Assembly: GCA_050246755.1 (NCBI GenBank)
Contig: JBFWVL010000004.1
Location: 32,001-96,000, forward strand
Length of the DNA stretch: 64,000 nucleotides
From: Bacteriovoracia bacterium
Lineage (GTDB): Bacteria; Bdellovibrionota; UBA1018; CAIPTA01
Direction: 5' to 3'
Part shown: positions 18,006 through 28,225 of the stretch, in pieces
Numbering within the stretch: the first letter of the stretch is position 1
How the letters are laid out: every line of letters begins with the position of its first letter
Position numbers and translations under genes: made by a program
Notes under the pieces: generated by a model
Told to the model about the DNA's origin: nothing
The model's input: the letters and a program-made list of their open reading frames with translations, nothing else
The model's database searches: none

Positions 18006-19715
18006 GTGGTGATTACTTTTCTATTACTCCTGATTGCTCTGCCCGCTTTGGCGTCGAAGCCGAATCTCGCCGGTCCCGCCGCGCACCTGAAATTCGGCGA
18101 CACCTGCGAACGTCTCTATTTGGAAATCGAGAGCAAAGGGCGAAAGGGCTACGAAAAGGGCAAGCGTATCCGCGAGCGCTACGCGGAATTCCGTGGAATC
18201 AGCGACACAGACAATGAGAAATTTCTTCAGCGCGCGGTGGCCGCCAATCGCGGTGAAAAAACCGATGCACGGATTTTTCTCGATATCGAGAATGCCGTGC
18301 TCAAGGACCTCAACGATAAGGTAATTGAAGATCGAGAGCTCGTGACCGCGCTCACTAACCTGCATAAAGACGTAGTGTGGTCGGAAATTTCTTCTGATCC
18401 GGTTCTGGCCGCCGCGATGCTCGATAAGTATTCCGATTTTAAATCGCTGCGATTTTCTTTTAAGTCGGATGACCGCGAAATCCAGGCGCGCGCGTCGGCG
18501 CTGCTTTCCCGCATAAATAAAAAATATAGTGAATACCTAGATGATCTTTCCGAGGAGAACGGCTGGAAGGAAAAAGTGAAGGGCCTGAGCGCGGATAGCC
18601 GGAACTGGTACCACGCGGGGGTGGGGGCCACGCCCGACCAGGCCGGAGTGGCCACGCGTTTCTCCCGTGATAATCTTAGCCCAAAAAATGTGGCCGTACT
18701 CCGCCACTTCGATGAAGCCGCCGCCACGCTGCAACAGGCCGCCTACAACGCTGGCCGTTTTCAAAAGTGGGTGGCCAAGCGCTATGCTGGGCTGCCGGGA
18801 TTTTTAGTGAAATCCGAAAGCGGCGCGGAGGTTCTTTCCGCCGAAACCATCGAGGCCATCAAGAAGGCCATTCCTCGCTACCACGAAGATATGACCGATG
18901 CTGTGGCGCGGGCCCTAAGCGCGAGATTTAGGCTGAAGTTCAGCGCGGACGATGCCAAGGGGCTGCGGAGCTATCTTGGGCTCGTGGATCAGTTTTCCCC
19001 GGGGCTCTTGCAGGCCAAGCGCGAAGTGATCGATATGGGTGTGGCGGCGCGCGGTGTGATTTCGGCAGATTTTAAGGGGCAGAACGCGAGAAATATCCAG
19101 GAGACGATGAAGGCGCTGGCAGATACGGAAGGTCAGCATATCAAAATCCGTCTTCAGGCCGTCCGTGAGGGCGAGATTCGCGCTACCGCGGCGCTCGAGG
19201 CGAAGAAGGCAAGCTTCCAGCGTGCAATGCGACGCTTCGCCGCGGAGCTGGAAGCGCAAAAAATTCTTTCGCCGGCCGCAGGCAAGAAGCTCAAAGCCCG
19301 CTTCACGGGGGACGACGGCGTGATGTTCGTGCCGTTCGAACTAAATCCGGAAGCTCGGGCGATGGCCCAGAAGATTCTTCTGGAAGAAATGGACGCCGAA
19401 GATATCCGTTTGGCCTTCGTGCAGTTCGATAAGCCGGGGGCGGAAATTGCAGCCGAGGCGCGATCCGGCTGGATCGTGCAGGCCGAGAGTTTAGAGAAGA
19501 AATTACGCGTGGGCCTCATCGAAAAGATGAACCGCAGGAGCTTGAACGACCTGCAGATCGGCGTGTCGATGGTGCCGGATGCCGCCGGTAAAGGCGTGGT
19601 GGAGCTGCAGCTGCTTCGTAAGGGCGAGAGAATCGTATCGGTTGAGGAAGAGAAAATTATTTTAGAGATGGCGAGGGCGTTCGGATATAACGCGAAGATT
19701 ATGGGCATGCCGTGA
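18006..19715 (+). CDS. Secreted hypothetical protein with possible tandem GGDEF/palm-like folds
   Basis: Signal peptide MVITFLLLLIALPALA; motifs FLDIENAVLKDLND, ISADFKG and RFTGDDG. Confidence 0.6.
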   Translation: MVITFLLLLIALPALASKPNLAGPAAHLKFGDTCERLYLEIESKGRKGYEKGKRIRERYAEFRGISDTDNEKFLQRAVAANRGEKTDARIFLDIENAVLKDLNDKVIEDRELVTALTNLHKDVVWSEISSDPVLAAAMLDKYSDFKSLRFSFKSDDREIQARASALLSRINKKYSEYLDDLSEENGWKEKVKGLSADSRNWYHAGVGATPDQAGVATRFSRDNLSPKNVAVLRHFDEAAATLQQAAYNAGRFQKWVAKRYAGLPGFLVKSESGAEVLSAETIEAIKKAIPRYHEDMTDAVARALSARFRLKFSADDAKGLRSYLGLVDQFSPGLLQAKREVIDMGVAARGVISADFKGQNARNIQETMKALADTEGQHIKIRLQAVREGEIRATAALEAKKASFQRAMRRFAAELEAQKILSPAAGKKLKARFTGDDGVMFVPFELNPEARAMAQKILLEEMDAEDIRLAFVQFDKPGAEIAAEARSGWIVQAESLEKKLRVGLIEKMNRRSLNDLQIGVSMVPDAAGKGVVELQLLRKGERIVSVEEEKIILEMARAFGYNAKIMGMP

Positions 19716-20970
19716 TTGCACGGCTCGTTCCGTTAGAGCTTTCCACTTTCGCTTCACCCGTGCGTTGGAGATCGAAACGCGAAAAGCGAAATTGCTGGTG
19801 CTCTTCTTTGAGCAACGTCGCGTGGGCTGAAGGCTGTAAGTAGCGATTGAAGCTCATGCGGACCGAAAATACGGGCAAGGTCGCTTCGGAAAGCGCGGGG
19901 TCCGTGCCCCCCGAGTTTAGGATGCAATGGGGCTGAAGGGTTTCGATGCGATCGAGGGAGCGCTTTTCCAGTATCGTGCGTTCCCAGGAAAAGTCCGAGA
20001 TTTGCCGCAGGTAAGGCGCGAGCAATTTTCCGGTTTCGGCTTGTAGCTCGGCTGACTCTAAAAAGTCGCTGAGCCTGGGGCGTTCGATATCTTCCTGGTG
20101 AAACGGAACGCATGATGGATCGATTCTTCCGTCGGGGGAAAGGCAGCGCAGGCTGGTCCCTAACACCATTTTCCCAAACTCCCTTTCATCTGGCTTGAGG
20201 TAGGGGAGCCAGGCGTTGTTCTGGGCTTCGCTGAGATTCAGCGCGGCCTGAATGAGGCCCACGGCATTTCCGTTTTTATCGAGGAGGGGGGATCCGGAAT
20301 TCCCGGGTGCCGACACGCAGCCGCCGCCCACGAAAATAGAGTCGGATTCATTTCGGTAAAGAGGAAAAGCGTAAGAATTGCCCACGGCTTCACAGGTGTC
20401 CTTCATGATCTCGCCGGATGGTTTGTTGGGCTGGCCGCGCACGGGATTCACTTTGTAGGCGGTATAGCTCTCGCCTGGAATCACGCCCTGCTTATTCATG
20501 GCGAACGGAATTCGCTTCGTGCTCTTACTCAAGCGAATGAGGGCCAGGTCCGGGGAAAAGTCATTGGGCCTCTCGCTTACGGTGAGGAGCGTTTTGCAGG
20601 AAATGCTTTCGGTTTGAAATTCACCCGAAGACGGTAACTCGAGCTTTACGCGTTCGGCGCAGAGATCGGGCATTAATTTTACGGCGGAGGGGATGCAGTG
20701 GGAATTCGTGGCCGCGAGATCTTCGCCTACGAGGAAAGCGGTGCAGGTGAAGATATCTGCGCCTTGTTGGGCCGTGAGCATTCCCACCGAACTCGGGCAG
20801 TTATCGCTGTCGGTGCAACGAACGCGCGCGGTTTTGGCCAAGGTATTCGCTTCGCCCTCATTTAGGACGTGAATAGTGCGCACGAGGCTTTGCGCCGGCG
20901 AATCTTCGCGTTGTTTGCTGCAGCCGAGGAGGGCTAGGAGCAGGAGTGAAATGGCGAAAGAGCGGTACAT
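19699..20970 (-). CDS. Trypsin-like (S1) serine protease lipoprotein
   Basis: Lipobox LLGC; TNSHC (His), DLALIRL (Asp), PGNSGSP (Ser). Confidence 0.85.
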   Translation of the reverse strand: MYRSFAISLLLLALLGCSKQREDSPAQSLVRTIHVLNEGEANTLAKTARVRCTDSDNCPSSVGMLTAQQGADIFTCTAFLVGEDLAATNSHCIPSAVKLMPDLCAERVKLELPSSGEFQTESISCKTLLTVSERPNDFSPDLALIRLSKSTKRIPFAMNKQGVIPGESYTAYKVNPVRGQPNKPSGEIMKDTCEAVGNSYAFPLYRNESDSIFVGGGCVSAPGNSGSPLLDKNGNAVGLIQAALNLSEAQNNAWLPYLKPDEREFGKMVLGTSLRCLSPDGRIDPSCVPFHQEDIERPRLSDFLESAELQAETGKLLAPYLRQISDFSWERTILEKRSLDRIETLQPHCILNSGGTDPALSEATLPVFSVRMSFNRYLQPSAHATLLKEEHQQFRFSRFDLQRTGEAKVESSNGTSRAITACP

Positions 20971-21068
20971 TCAAATTCCCCAATAAGGTCAATTTGGTAT
21001 ACCGCGTTAAAATAAAATAGTCAAGAATGAGGGCTGGGTGAACCTTAACTAATTATGAGTAAAATCAG

Positions 21069-22199
21069 CTATTTAGCTGAAAATTCGCGTTTCAGGCTAT
21101 GTCTTTGCTGCTGGCGGTGAAGGGCCAGGGTGACGAGCCGGGAAAGCAGGTCCTTATAGTTCACGCCGGAGGCGCCCATCATTTTAGGGAACATGGAGAT
21201 GGTGGTGAAGCCCGGAAGCGTATTCACCTCATTAAAATAAAATTTATTTGTTTTTCGGTCGAGGAAGAAATCGGCCCGCGCCATGCCCGCCAGCTCAAGT
21301 ACTTCGAAGGCCTGCGCCGCGTATTTTTGCACGGTGGCCACTTGTTCGGGGGTGATCTTGGCAGGCAGATCAATGGTGGCGCCATTGGCGTCGAGGTACT
21401 TGGCTTCGTAAGAATAAAATTCGTGGCCGCCAGCCGCGGAGATTTCCGAGGGCACGCTCACGAACGGCGCGCCGTTCACTGTTTCCAGCACCGCCACTTC
21501 GATCTCGCGAGCGTCAATACCTTCTTCAATGAGCACCTTGAGGTCGTACTGGAAAGAATCCTTGAGCGCCTGGCCGAGATCTTCCCATTTTTTAACTTTA
21601 TGCACGCCCACGCTCGAGCCCATATTGGCGGGCTTTACGAAAACGGGGAGCTTTAGCTTGGCTTTGGCTTGCTTCTCGGCGGCGCCCGCGTCGCGGAGAA
21701 AATTGGTTTTCGTTACGCTCACGTAAGGAACGATCGGAATGCCGGCAGCCTCGGCGAGACGCTTGGCCACTTCTTTGTCCATGCCGATGGCGGAGCCCAG
21801 GATGCCGGAGCCCACGTAGGCCACGTCGGCCAATTCGAGGAGGCCTTGAACCGCTCCGTCTTCACAAAGCGGGCCGTGCATCACCGGGAAAAACACATCG
21901 ATATCACCGAAGGAGGGGGAGCCCGAGTTTATCGGTTCCAGTGTAGCGCGTCCATCCGGTTGGGGGCGCAGGCGCATTTCGGGAGAGTTCTGGTAGATCG
22001 GCAATATTTTTGCGCGGCTTTCTTCAATCAATTTGAGGTCGTTCCATTGCCAGCGGCCTTCTTTGTTGATGCTTACCGGGATGACCTCGAATTTATCACG
22101 GTCTAAATTCGCTATCACCGAAGCGCCAGACTGCAGGGAAACTTCGTGCTCTCCAGAACGCCCACCATAGAGTACCGCTACACGGATTTTTTTCGTCAT
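21069..22199 (-). CDS. ddl: D-alanine--D-alanine ligase
   Basis: GGRSGEHEVS, HGPLCEDG, KPANMGSSVG, FYSYEAKY, NEVNTLPG. Confidence 0.96.
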   Translation of the reverse strand: MTKKIRVAVLYGGRSGEHEVSLQSGASVIANLDRDKFEVIPVSINKEGRWQWNDLKLIEESRAKILPIYQNSPEMRLRPQPDGRATLEPINSGSPSFGDIDVFFPVMHGPLCEDGAVQGLLELADVAYVGSGILGSAIGMDKEVAKRLAEAAGIPIVPYVSVTKTNFLRDAGAAEKQAKAKLKLPVFVKPANMGSSVGVHKVKKWEDLGQALKDSFQYDLKVLIEEGIDAREIEVAVLETVNGAPFVSVPSEISAAGGHEFYSYEAKYLDANGATIDLPAKITPEQVATVQKYAAQAFEVLELAGMARADFFLDRKTNKFYFNEVNTLPGFTTISMFPKMMGASGVNYKDLLSRLVTLALHRQQQRHSLKREFSAK

Positions 22200-22253
22200 T
22201 TAGAAAGAATATCATTCTCCGTAGCCAGGCTCACGCCTTAAAATAGAAGGAGG

Positions 22254-22979
22254 ATGAACTTGCGCAAGAAAGTTTTTACGAGCCAGAAGATTTCGCTTTT
22301 TTTCGGCGGAAAAGAATACCGCATGCAGGCGCTCGTTTCCGTTTACGGCGTGAAGTACGCGTTCGACGAAATTGAGCTTCCGCCGGAGGCCCGCAACTAC
22401 CTCGGCTACGAAGTGCAGATGACCTATAAGGGAGTGCCCGCGCGCTGTCGTTTGATCAGTGAGGCCAATTCCATCGGCACGATCTATAATTTGCGCTTCG
22501 TGAACCCGAGCCCTATCCTCGTGCGGCAGATCGAGCGCGATATCCGTGACTCCGGTTTGCCTTCGCCTTGGATGCGCTATTTGCCCCGCCTCACCACCGA
22601 CGTGAAGGACCTTCCTTCGCCCGCGTTGGCGGTAGTGTACCGCGCTGGCGAGACGCATTTCCTCAACGTGAAAAATTTCACCCTGGGCGGGCTGTTGATC
22701 GAGCACGTGGGGGCCGGCATGCCGAACGTAACCACGGGCACGCGCTTCGATTTCGATCTTGTCACGAATCAGGGTGACAAATTCGAAGAAATCGCCGGCG
22801 TGGTCACGCGCATTTCGGTGGAAGTGAACGAAAAAGACTCTAATCTCAGCCGCACCTTCTTCGGGATAAAATTTCTGCCCATGGGGGTGATCAACGAAAC
22901 AAAGTACCGGGATTTAATCCGCGAGCATTGCAAGCTCCTGCGCGCGGCCGATTTGCGCACGCGCGAGCAAGAGATTTAG
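22254..22979 (+). CDS. PilZ-domain-like protein
   Basis: MRYLPR...VKNFTLGGL resembles the RxxxR and D/NxSxxG motifs; GVVTRI...FGIKF beta-barrel end. Confidence 0.6.
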   Translation: MNLRKKVFTSQKISLFFGGKEYRMQALVSVYGVKYAFDEIELPPEARNYLGYEVQMTYKGVPARCRLISEANSIGTIYNLRFVNPSPILVRQIERDIRDSGLPSPWMRYLPRLTTDVKDLPSPALAVVYRAGETHFLNVKNFTLGGLLIEHVGAGMPNVTTGTRFDFDLVTNQGDKFEEIAGVVTRISVEVNEKDSNLSRTFFGIKFLPMGVINETKYRDLIREHCKLLRAADLRTREQEI

Positions 22980-23830
22980 GGTTTCTCTAGGCGCTTGGCC
23001 TCATTCCAGTAAATATCCATCTCGTCCAGCGGCATATCCGCTAATTTTTTTCCGTCCACCCTGGCGCGGGTTTCCACGTGACGGAATCTTTTCTCGAAGC
23101 GGCGAAGCATGGAACGTAGCGCGTCCTCGGGATTCAAGTGTAGGAAGTGCGCGATATTGGATAGGGAGAAAATCAAATCGCCGAGCTCGCTTTCGAGGCG
23201 GAGCTTAGTTTTCTTATCGAGCGCGGCGCCCTCTTCGCGGCCGAATTTCGCGGGCTTCCCGAGCTTCTCGACTTCGGATAAAAATTCTTCAAGCTCCTCA
23301 CGGCATTTCTCTAGCGGGCCTTCGAGGCTCGGCCACTGAAAGCCTACTTTGGAAACCCGCTCGATAATTTTTAGGCTCTGTTGCAAGGCCGGCATTCCGG
23401 GAGGCAGGCCGTCGAGTGTGGATTCTCTGGGCTTCTCTTCTTGTTTCGTTTTTTCCCAGGCGCCTACTACTTCTTCCGCGGATTCTAGTTTTTCTCCGCC
23501 GAACACGTGGGGATGGCGGCGCACGAGCTTAGCGGCCAAATCGTTCGCGAGGCCGTCGATATCAAAACGGCCCGTTTCCCCGGCAATTTCGGCTTGGAGT
23601 AAAACTTGGAGCAAGAGATCTCCTAGTTCTTCCTTTAGCTTTTCGGAACCGGTCGTGGGATTCGTGGCCAGCTCGTCGAGCGCCTCCAGGACTTCGTAGG
23701 TTTCTTCCAGCAGGTAGCGGCGCAGGCTTTCGTGGGTTTGGGCGCGATCCCAGGGGCAGCCATCTGGGCCACGCAATTTTGCTACTACCGCTCGAGCGCG
23801 CTCAAGGCCGGATGGTTGGGTCGGAGGCAT
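22976..23830 (-). CDS. mazG: Nucleoside triphosphate pyrophosphohydrolase MazG
   Basis: LRGPDGCPWDRAQT, EETYEVLE, EELGDLL, RRHPHVFG, and a second ELGD domain. Confidence 0.93.
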   Translation of the reverse strand: MPPTQPSGLERARAVVAKLRGPDGCPWDRAQTHESLRRYLLEETYEVLEALDELATNPTTGSEKLKEELGDLLLQVLLQAEIAGETGRFDIDGLANDLAAKLVRRHPHVFGGEKLESAEEVVGAWEKTKQEEKPRESTLDGLPPGMPALQQSLKIIERVSKVGFQWPSLEGPLEKCREELEEFLSEVEKLGKPAKFGREEGAALDKKTKLRLESELGDLIFSLSNIAHFLHLNPEDALRSMLRRFEKRFRHVETRARVDGKKLADMPLDEMDIYWNEAKRLEKP

Positions 23831-24884
23831 TTTTTAACTCCTCGGAAACAGGTGCCGGAGTGGCGTAGGAAAAGAAAATTCCGCTCTTACGGAAGGTTTC
23901 CGCGATCCGCACGGAGATCCCGTGGTGCGCGTTTATATAGGAAAGGTAGTCGCGCTTGTTCACCCAGTAGACGGTTTCGAATTCTAAATTCATGTTCCCG
24001 AATTTCGCCAGATGGCAGCGCTCGAAGCGGCAGTCGGGCTGGGAGGCCACTACTTTTTCTACCAGGGCGCGGGCCTGGTCGAGCTTATCGGGGGCGGTCG
24101 TGTACTGAAGGCCGAACGCGAATTCCACCCGGCGCTCCCCCATCCGTTTGAAATTACGGATACGGCTTTTGAGCAGGTCGGAATTAGAAAAAATCAGCTG
24201 TTCACCCGAGAGGCTTTTCACGCGGGTGGTTTTAATCCCGATTTTTTCCACCGTGCCCATCTCTTCGCCGACGGCGATAAAATCGCCGATCACGAAGGGC
24301 TTGTCGAGCACGATCGAGAGGGAGCCGAAGAGATCGCCAAGAATATTTTGCACGGCGAGCGCGATCGCGATGCCGCCCACTCCGAGGCCAGCGAGTAAAG
24401 CTGAAACATTATAGCCAAGGTTGCCGATGAGCAGCAGCGAAACCACGACCCAGATCGCCGCCTGACCAAGGAAAATAAGGGTAGCCAGCGTGGTAGCGCG
24501 CCCCGGGTCGGTAGTGAAGGTATCTCTCGTGTACTTTTTTCCCAGAAAATCGGCAGCGGTGGAGAGCCATATTCCGATTTGCGCAAAAGCGATGAAAAGA
24601 AATAGCACCTCCGAGGCGCGGGCTACCTTGGGATGAAGGTTCATCGACTGCATGCCGAGATGGAGGCCCACCATCAGCAGAAACCAATAATGTGTTTTCT
24701 CGAGGAGTAAGAGCGCGAGATCATCCCAGTTGGCCATGGTACTCGCGGTCACTTTTCTCAGCCTTACGATCAAGAGCGCGCGGAGTAGCCAAGTTAACGC
24801 CAGCGTGAATAAGAGGATGCCGCCTAGGATCGCCCAGCGTTCCCAGCTATTGCCCCAAAAGCCTTCGTCCCAGAATCGTTGCAT
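23802..24884 (-). CDS. mscS: Small-conductance mechanosensitive channel
   Basis: LAGLGVGGIAIALAVQNILGDLFGS, KPFVIGDFI, GTVEKIGIKTT. Confidence 0.92.
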   Translation of the reverse strand: MQRFWDEGFWGNSWERWAILGGILLFTLALTWLLRALLIVRLRKVTASTMANWDDLALLLLEKTHYWFLLMVGLHLGMQSMNLHPKVARASEVLFLFIAFAQIGIWLSTAADFLGKKYTRDTFTTDPGRATTLATLIFLGQAAIWVVVSLLLIGNLGYNVSALLAGLGVGGIAIALAVQNILGDLFGSLSIVLDKPFVIGDFIAVGEEMGTVEKIGIKTTRVKSLSGEQLIFSNSDLLKSRIRNFKRMGERRVEFAFGLQYTTAPDKLDQARALVEKVVASQPDCRFERCHLAKFGNMNLEFETVYWVNKRDYLSYINAHHGISVRIAETFRKSGIFFSYATPAPVSEELKNASDPTIRP

Positions 24885-25787
24885 TTACCTGGAAAGCCTT
24901 TCGATGCGCGCCTCGAGCGGAGGGTGGGTGGCGAAGAGGGCCATCAGGCCTCCGCGACGCCCATTGATTTTGAGCGCGGCCACCGCTGGGCTGGCACTAT
25001 GGTCGTAGGCTTCTTGATTTGCGAGCAAGCGGCGCAGGGCAGCCTGCATGGATTCGCGCCCGGCGAGGGTAGCGCCGCCACGGTCCGCGCGGAATTCGCG
25101 CCAGCGTGAGAAGGAAGCCACGATGATGGCGCCGATCAGGCCGAAGACGAGCTCGAACAGCATCGTGATCATATAGTAGACCATGGGGCTGCCGCGGCCG
25201 CTGTCACGGTCGTTGCGGCTCGCCATCGCTTGGCTTACGGCAAAGGCCGCGATGCGGGCGAGGAACATCACGAACGCGTTCACCACGCCCTGGATGAGGG
25301 TCATGGTAACCATGTCTCCGTTGGCTACGTGGCTGATTTCGTGGGCAAGGACGCCTTCGATTTCATTGGGGCGCATATTGCGCAGGAGCCCAGAAGAAAC
25401 GGCCACCAGGGAACGAGCTTTTGTGGGGCCGGTGGCGAACGCGTTGATCTCTCCGCTTTCGTAGACGCCCACTTCCGGCATCGCGGGCAGGCGTGCCGCT
25501 TTCGCCAGCCGATGCACGGTGCGCGCGAGCTCGCCGTATTCGCCGCTGGAATTGGGATCGATGATTTGCACGCCCATCGTCCATTTGGCGATCACGCGGG
25601 AAAGAGCGAGCGAAAAAAAAGCTCCGCCCATACCCCAAACCAGACAGAAAACCGCGAGGCTGGAATAATCCAGGCCGTAGGCATGCAGGTAAGGGCGTAC
25701 GTTGAAGAGAGAGAGCACGAGGCTGATCGTGAGTACCATCGCGATATTCACGAGGGAGAAGAAAAAGATTCGTTTTAAGAACGGCAT
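24885..25787 (-). CDS. htpX: Membrane zinc protease HtpX (M48)
   Basis: NAFATG, AHEISH, NGDMVT, SRWREFRAD, THPPLEARI. Confidence 0.95.
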   Translation of the reverse strand: MPFLKRIFFFSLVNIAMVLTISLVLSLFNVRPYLHAYGLDYSSLAVFCLVWGMGGAFFSLALSRVIAKWTMGVQIIDPNSSGEYGELARTVHRLAKAARLPAMPEVGVYESGEINAFATGPTKARSLVAVSSGLLRNMRPNEIEGVLAHEISHVANGDMVTMTLIQGVVNAFVMFLARIAAFAVSQAMASRNDRDSGRGSPMVYYMITMLFELVFGLIGAIIVASFSRWREFRADRGGATLAGRESMQAALRRLLANQEAYDHSASPAVAALKINGRRGGLMALFATHPPLEARIERLSR

Positions 25788-25858
25788 ACGAAATTCCTCC
25801 TAAGAATGGCTGACTAATATAATGGTAGCCATTGGCTATTTAGCAAGGAAAACGCATC

Positions 25859-26566
25859 TTATGACAGATTGCGTTGGTCGTGTTTTTGGGTAAAACCGTA
25901 GCCGAAGCTCAGCACCATGCTGCACCAAAAGGCCCAGAAGGCTGGATTTTTAGGATCGTGAAAATCGATACCAGGCATGTGAAAGCCGTCCACCACAAGT
26001 TTGAGCCCCACGATGAAAACCAGCATATAGGCAGTGGGCTCGAAGCGCGGGAAGCGTTCGAGTAGCTTAATGAACATCGTAGCCGCAAAACGCATCATGA
26101 GGAGTCCGAGCAGGCCCCCGGTAATCACCACCCAGAGTTTCTTGGTGAGCGCTACGGCCGTAAGGATGGAGTCGGCCGCGAAGGCCATATCGGTAAGTTC
26201 CACGATGATCACCGTGCGCCAAAAATTATGCTTCACCGTATTTTTGGCGTCGCTCTCTTCTTTTTTATCTCCGGTCCACCAGTAATGAATCCCTAAGTAC
26301 AGCAGATAGGCGCCGCCCACGAACTTCACCCAGGTCCAGTGCATGAGATACGAGGCGATGGAGATCGCAAACACGCGGAATACCACCGCGCCCACGAGGC
26401 CGTAAGTGAGGGCGCGCTGATGGAGATGCTTAGGCAAGGGATTTACGATCAGCGCTAAAACCAGCGCATTATCGATCGAGAGCACGCCTTCGAGGAAAAT
26501 GAGAAAACCAACCGCGACCAAATCGTCCGCGGATACGTGGGAGAGAACAGAATGAAGAAATTCCAA
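25859..26566 (-). CDS. TerC-family membrane protein
   Basis: LEGVLSIDNALV, ELTDMAFAADSI. Confidence 0.9.
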   Translation of the reverse strand: MEFLHSVLSHVSADDLVAVGFLIFLEGVLSIDNALVLALIVNPLPKHLHQRALTYGLVGAVVFRVFAISIASYLMHWTWVKFVGGAYLLYLGIHYWWTGDKKEESDAKNTVKHNFWRTVIIVELTDMAFAADSILTAVALTKKLWVVITGGLLGLLMMRFAATMFIKLLERFPRFEPTAYMLVFIVGLKLVVDGFHMPGIDFHDPKNPAFWAFWCSMVLSFGYGFTQKHDQRNLS

Positions 26567-26578
26567 TGGTCACCGGCC

Positions 26579-28210
26579 CTAAGGTAGACGGAAAACCTTT
26601 CCCCACGAGGGAGGCTGCGCGCCGTTTTGGGCGCCGCATACGCTCGTGCCGAAAGGAAGTTGCACCATTTCTACATAATCCTGCGGCAAATTCCAAAGCT
26701 CAGTGCGTTGGAAAAGCCCGGGGCCCCGGGGGGTGGTCACGAGAATATCATTCACTAGGCGGCGCTGGATGCGCGGCGTGAGCAGAATTGGATCGAACGC
26801 GAAAATAATCTTCCGGCCGGCATTGGTTTCCACCGCGGTACCGCCCTGAGAAAGCATGGAAGTGAGGTAGGCGGGCAGGTTCAGCCGGCTCGTATCTATG
26901 GGAAGGAAGCAGCCGTTCGGCCCGGTGGGAGCAAACCCCAGCATTTGAAGCGGAAGGCCTTGGCCCATAGAAGGGTGCGGGGCCTGTGAACTGCCCGTCC
27001 TCTCGATAATATCTGCGCGCGAAAGGCGGCCTTCGCGCGACATTAAGATGGCGGCACCCGCCGCTACCATGGCGGCCGAGTTCGAAGTTCCCTTGAAGTT
27101 TTCTTCTTTCGATAGCGAAACCAGGGAATTGGTCCAGAGCTCGGGTTTTTGCTGCCGATTCGAAATGCTGGTGCGCTCCGAATCGAGGGCGCCAACCGTT
27201 ATAGCTCGTACATTGTCGGCCGGAGGAAGCACGCTTTCATTTTTATCGGCGCTTGCCATGGAAAGCGAATCGCCGTTCACGATGATGCGGAGGCGGTCGC
27301 TACCGGCGAAATTTTTGGAACGATCCTTTACGCGCAGGAAATAAAGGCCGGGCTTTACCTTGGCGGTGATGATCTCGCGGGGATATTTAGAGGTGCCGGG
27401 ACGCTCGACCTTCTCTTTCGTCTGCTGGAGGCTCGAGCTCTGGATCACGTTGAGCGTATCGTCGGTGAGCACGAAGTCGAGGTCTTTGTCGGAGCCTTGT
27501 TCCACGTCATCGGAGAAATCATTCCAGCTGAGCACGGCCCGCAGCATGCATTCTTTAGCGGGATTTTTCTCGCAGCGTACTTCCAGGCCTTGGTTGCGGT
27601 TGGGGAGGGTAACCCAGTCGTCCTCGCCGGTTTGGATTCCGCCGTTGAAAGTGGTGGCGCCCACATTTCCGGAGTTATTGATCCAGAGAATTCCCGAATC
27701 GATGGCTTTATCGATGAGCTTATTGATGAAGCCGCGCCCATCGAAATTTCCTCCATATTCCCAGGTTTGGGAATAAAGCACGATGTCGATCTTATTGCGG
27801 ACCGCATCGTCGATCGCGGCTTTTAGATTGGAGTAGCCGAAGGTATTGTAGAGGTGGAATTCCGCGGGAGCGTAGCGGCCGTCGGTACCGCCCAGGGAAA
27901 GCATGCTCCAGAGAATGCGCGCCATATAGAAACCGTGAGTCTCTTCTTCGCCCTGGGGCGGAACGGGGCCACGGTGAATTTTCGTATTTTTGGGAAGAGA
28001 GCGGCCGATTTCTTTTCCGGCGCCCTGGAAGCCATTGTCGAATATGGCGATTTTTAAGCGGCGTTGGGAACGCTGGCCTTCGGAAAAGTAGGGACGCAGA
28101 TTCAGTCCCTCGATCATCTGATCAAGGTTCTGAAACTGCGCTCCTCGGTCCGCCGCGACGGCAGATACAGAAAAAGCGATCGCGAAAATTCCGAGGAGAA
28201 CAGTTTTCAT
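26579..28210 (-). CDS. Secreted subtilisin-like (S8) serine protease
   Basis: Signal peptide; catalytic triad IAIFDNGF / THG / FKGTSNSAAMVAAGAA; oxyanion NSGN; beta-sandwich insertion (LSWND...DLDF). Confidence 0.85.
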   Translation of the reverse strand: MKTVLLGIFAIAFSVSAVAADRGAQFQNLDQMIEGLNLRPYFSEGQRSQRRLKIAIFDNGFQGAGKEIGRSLPKNTKIHRGPVPPQGEEETHGFYMARILWSMLSLGGTDGRYAPAEFHLYNTFGYSNLKAAIDDAVRNKIDIVLYSQTWEYGGNFDGRGFINKLIDKAIDSGILWINNSGNVGATTFNGGIQTGEDDWVTLPNRNQGLEVRCEKNPAKECMLRAVLSWNDFSDDVEQGSDKDLDFVLTDDTLNVIQSSSLQQTKEKVERPGTSKYPREIITAKVKPGLYFLRVKDRSKNFAGSDRLRIIVNGDSLSMASADKNESVLPPADNVRAITVGALDSERTSISNRQQKPELWTNSLVSLSKEENFKGTSNSAAMVAAGAAILMSREGRLSRADIIERTGSSQAPHPSMGQGLPLQMLGFAPTGPNGCFLPIDTSRLNLPAYLTSMLSQGGTAVETNAGRKIIFAFDPILLTPRIQRRLVNDILVTTPRGPGLFQRTELWNLPQDYVEMVQLPFGTSVCGAQNGAQPPSWGKVFRLP

Positions 28211-28225
28211 AGAGCCCCTAAGCTA

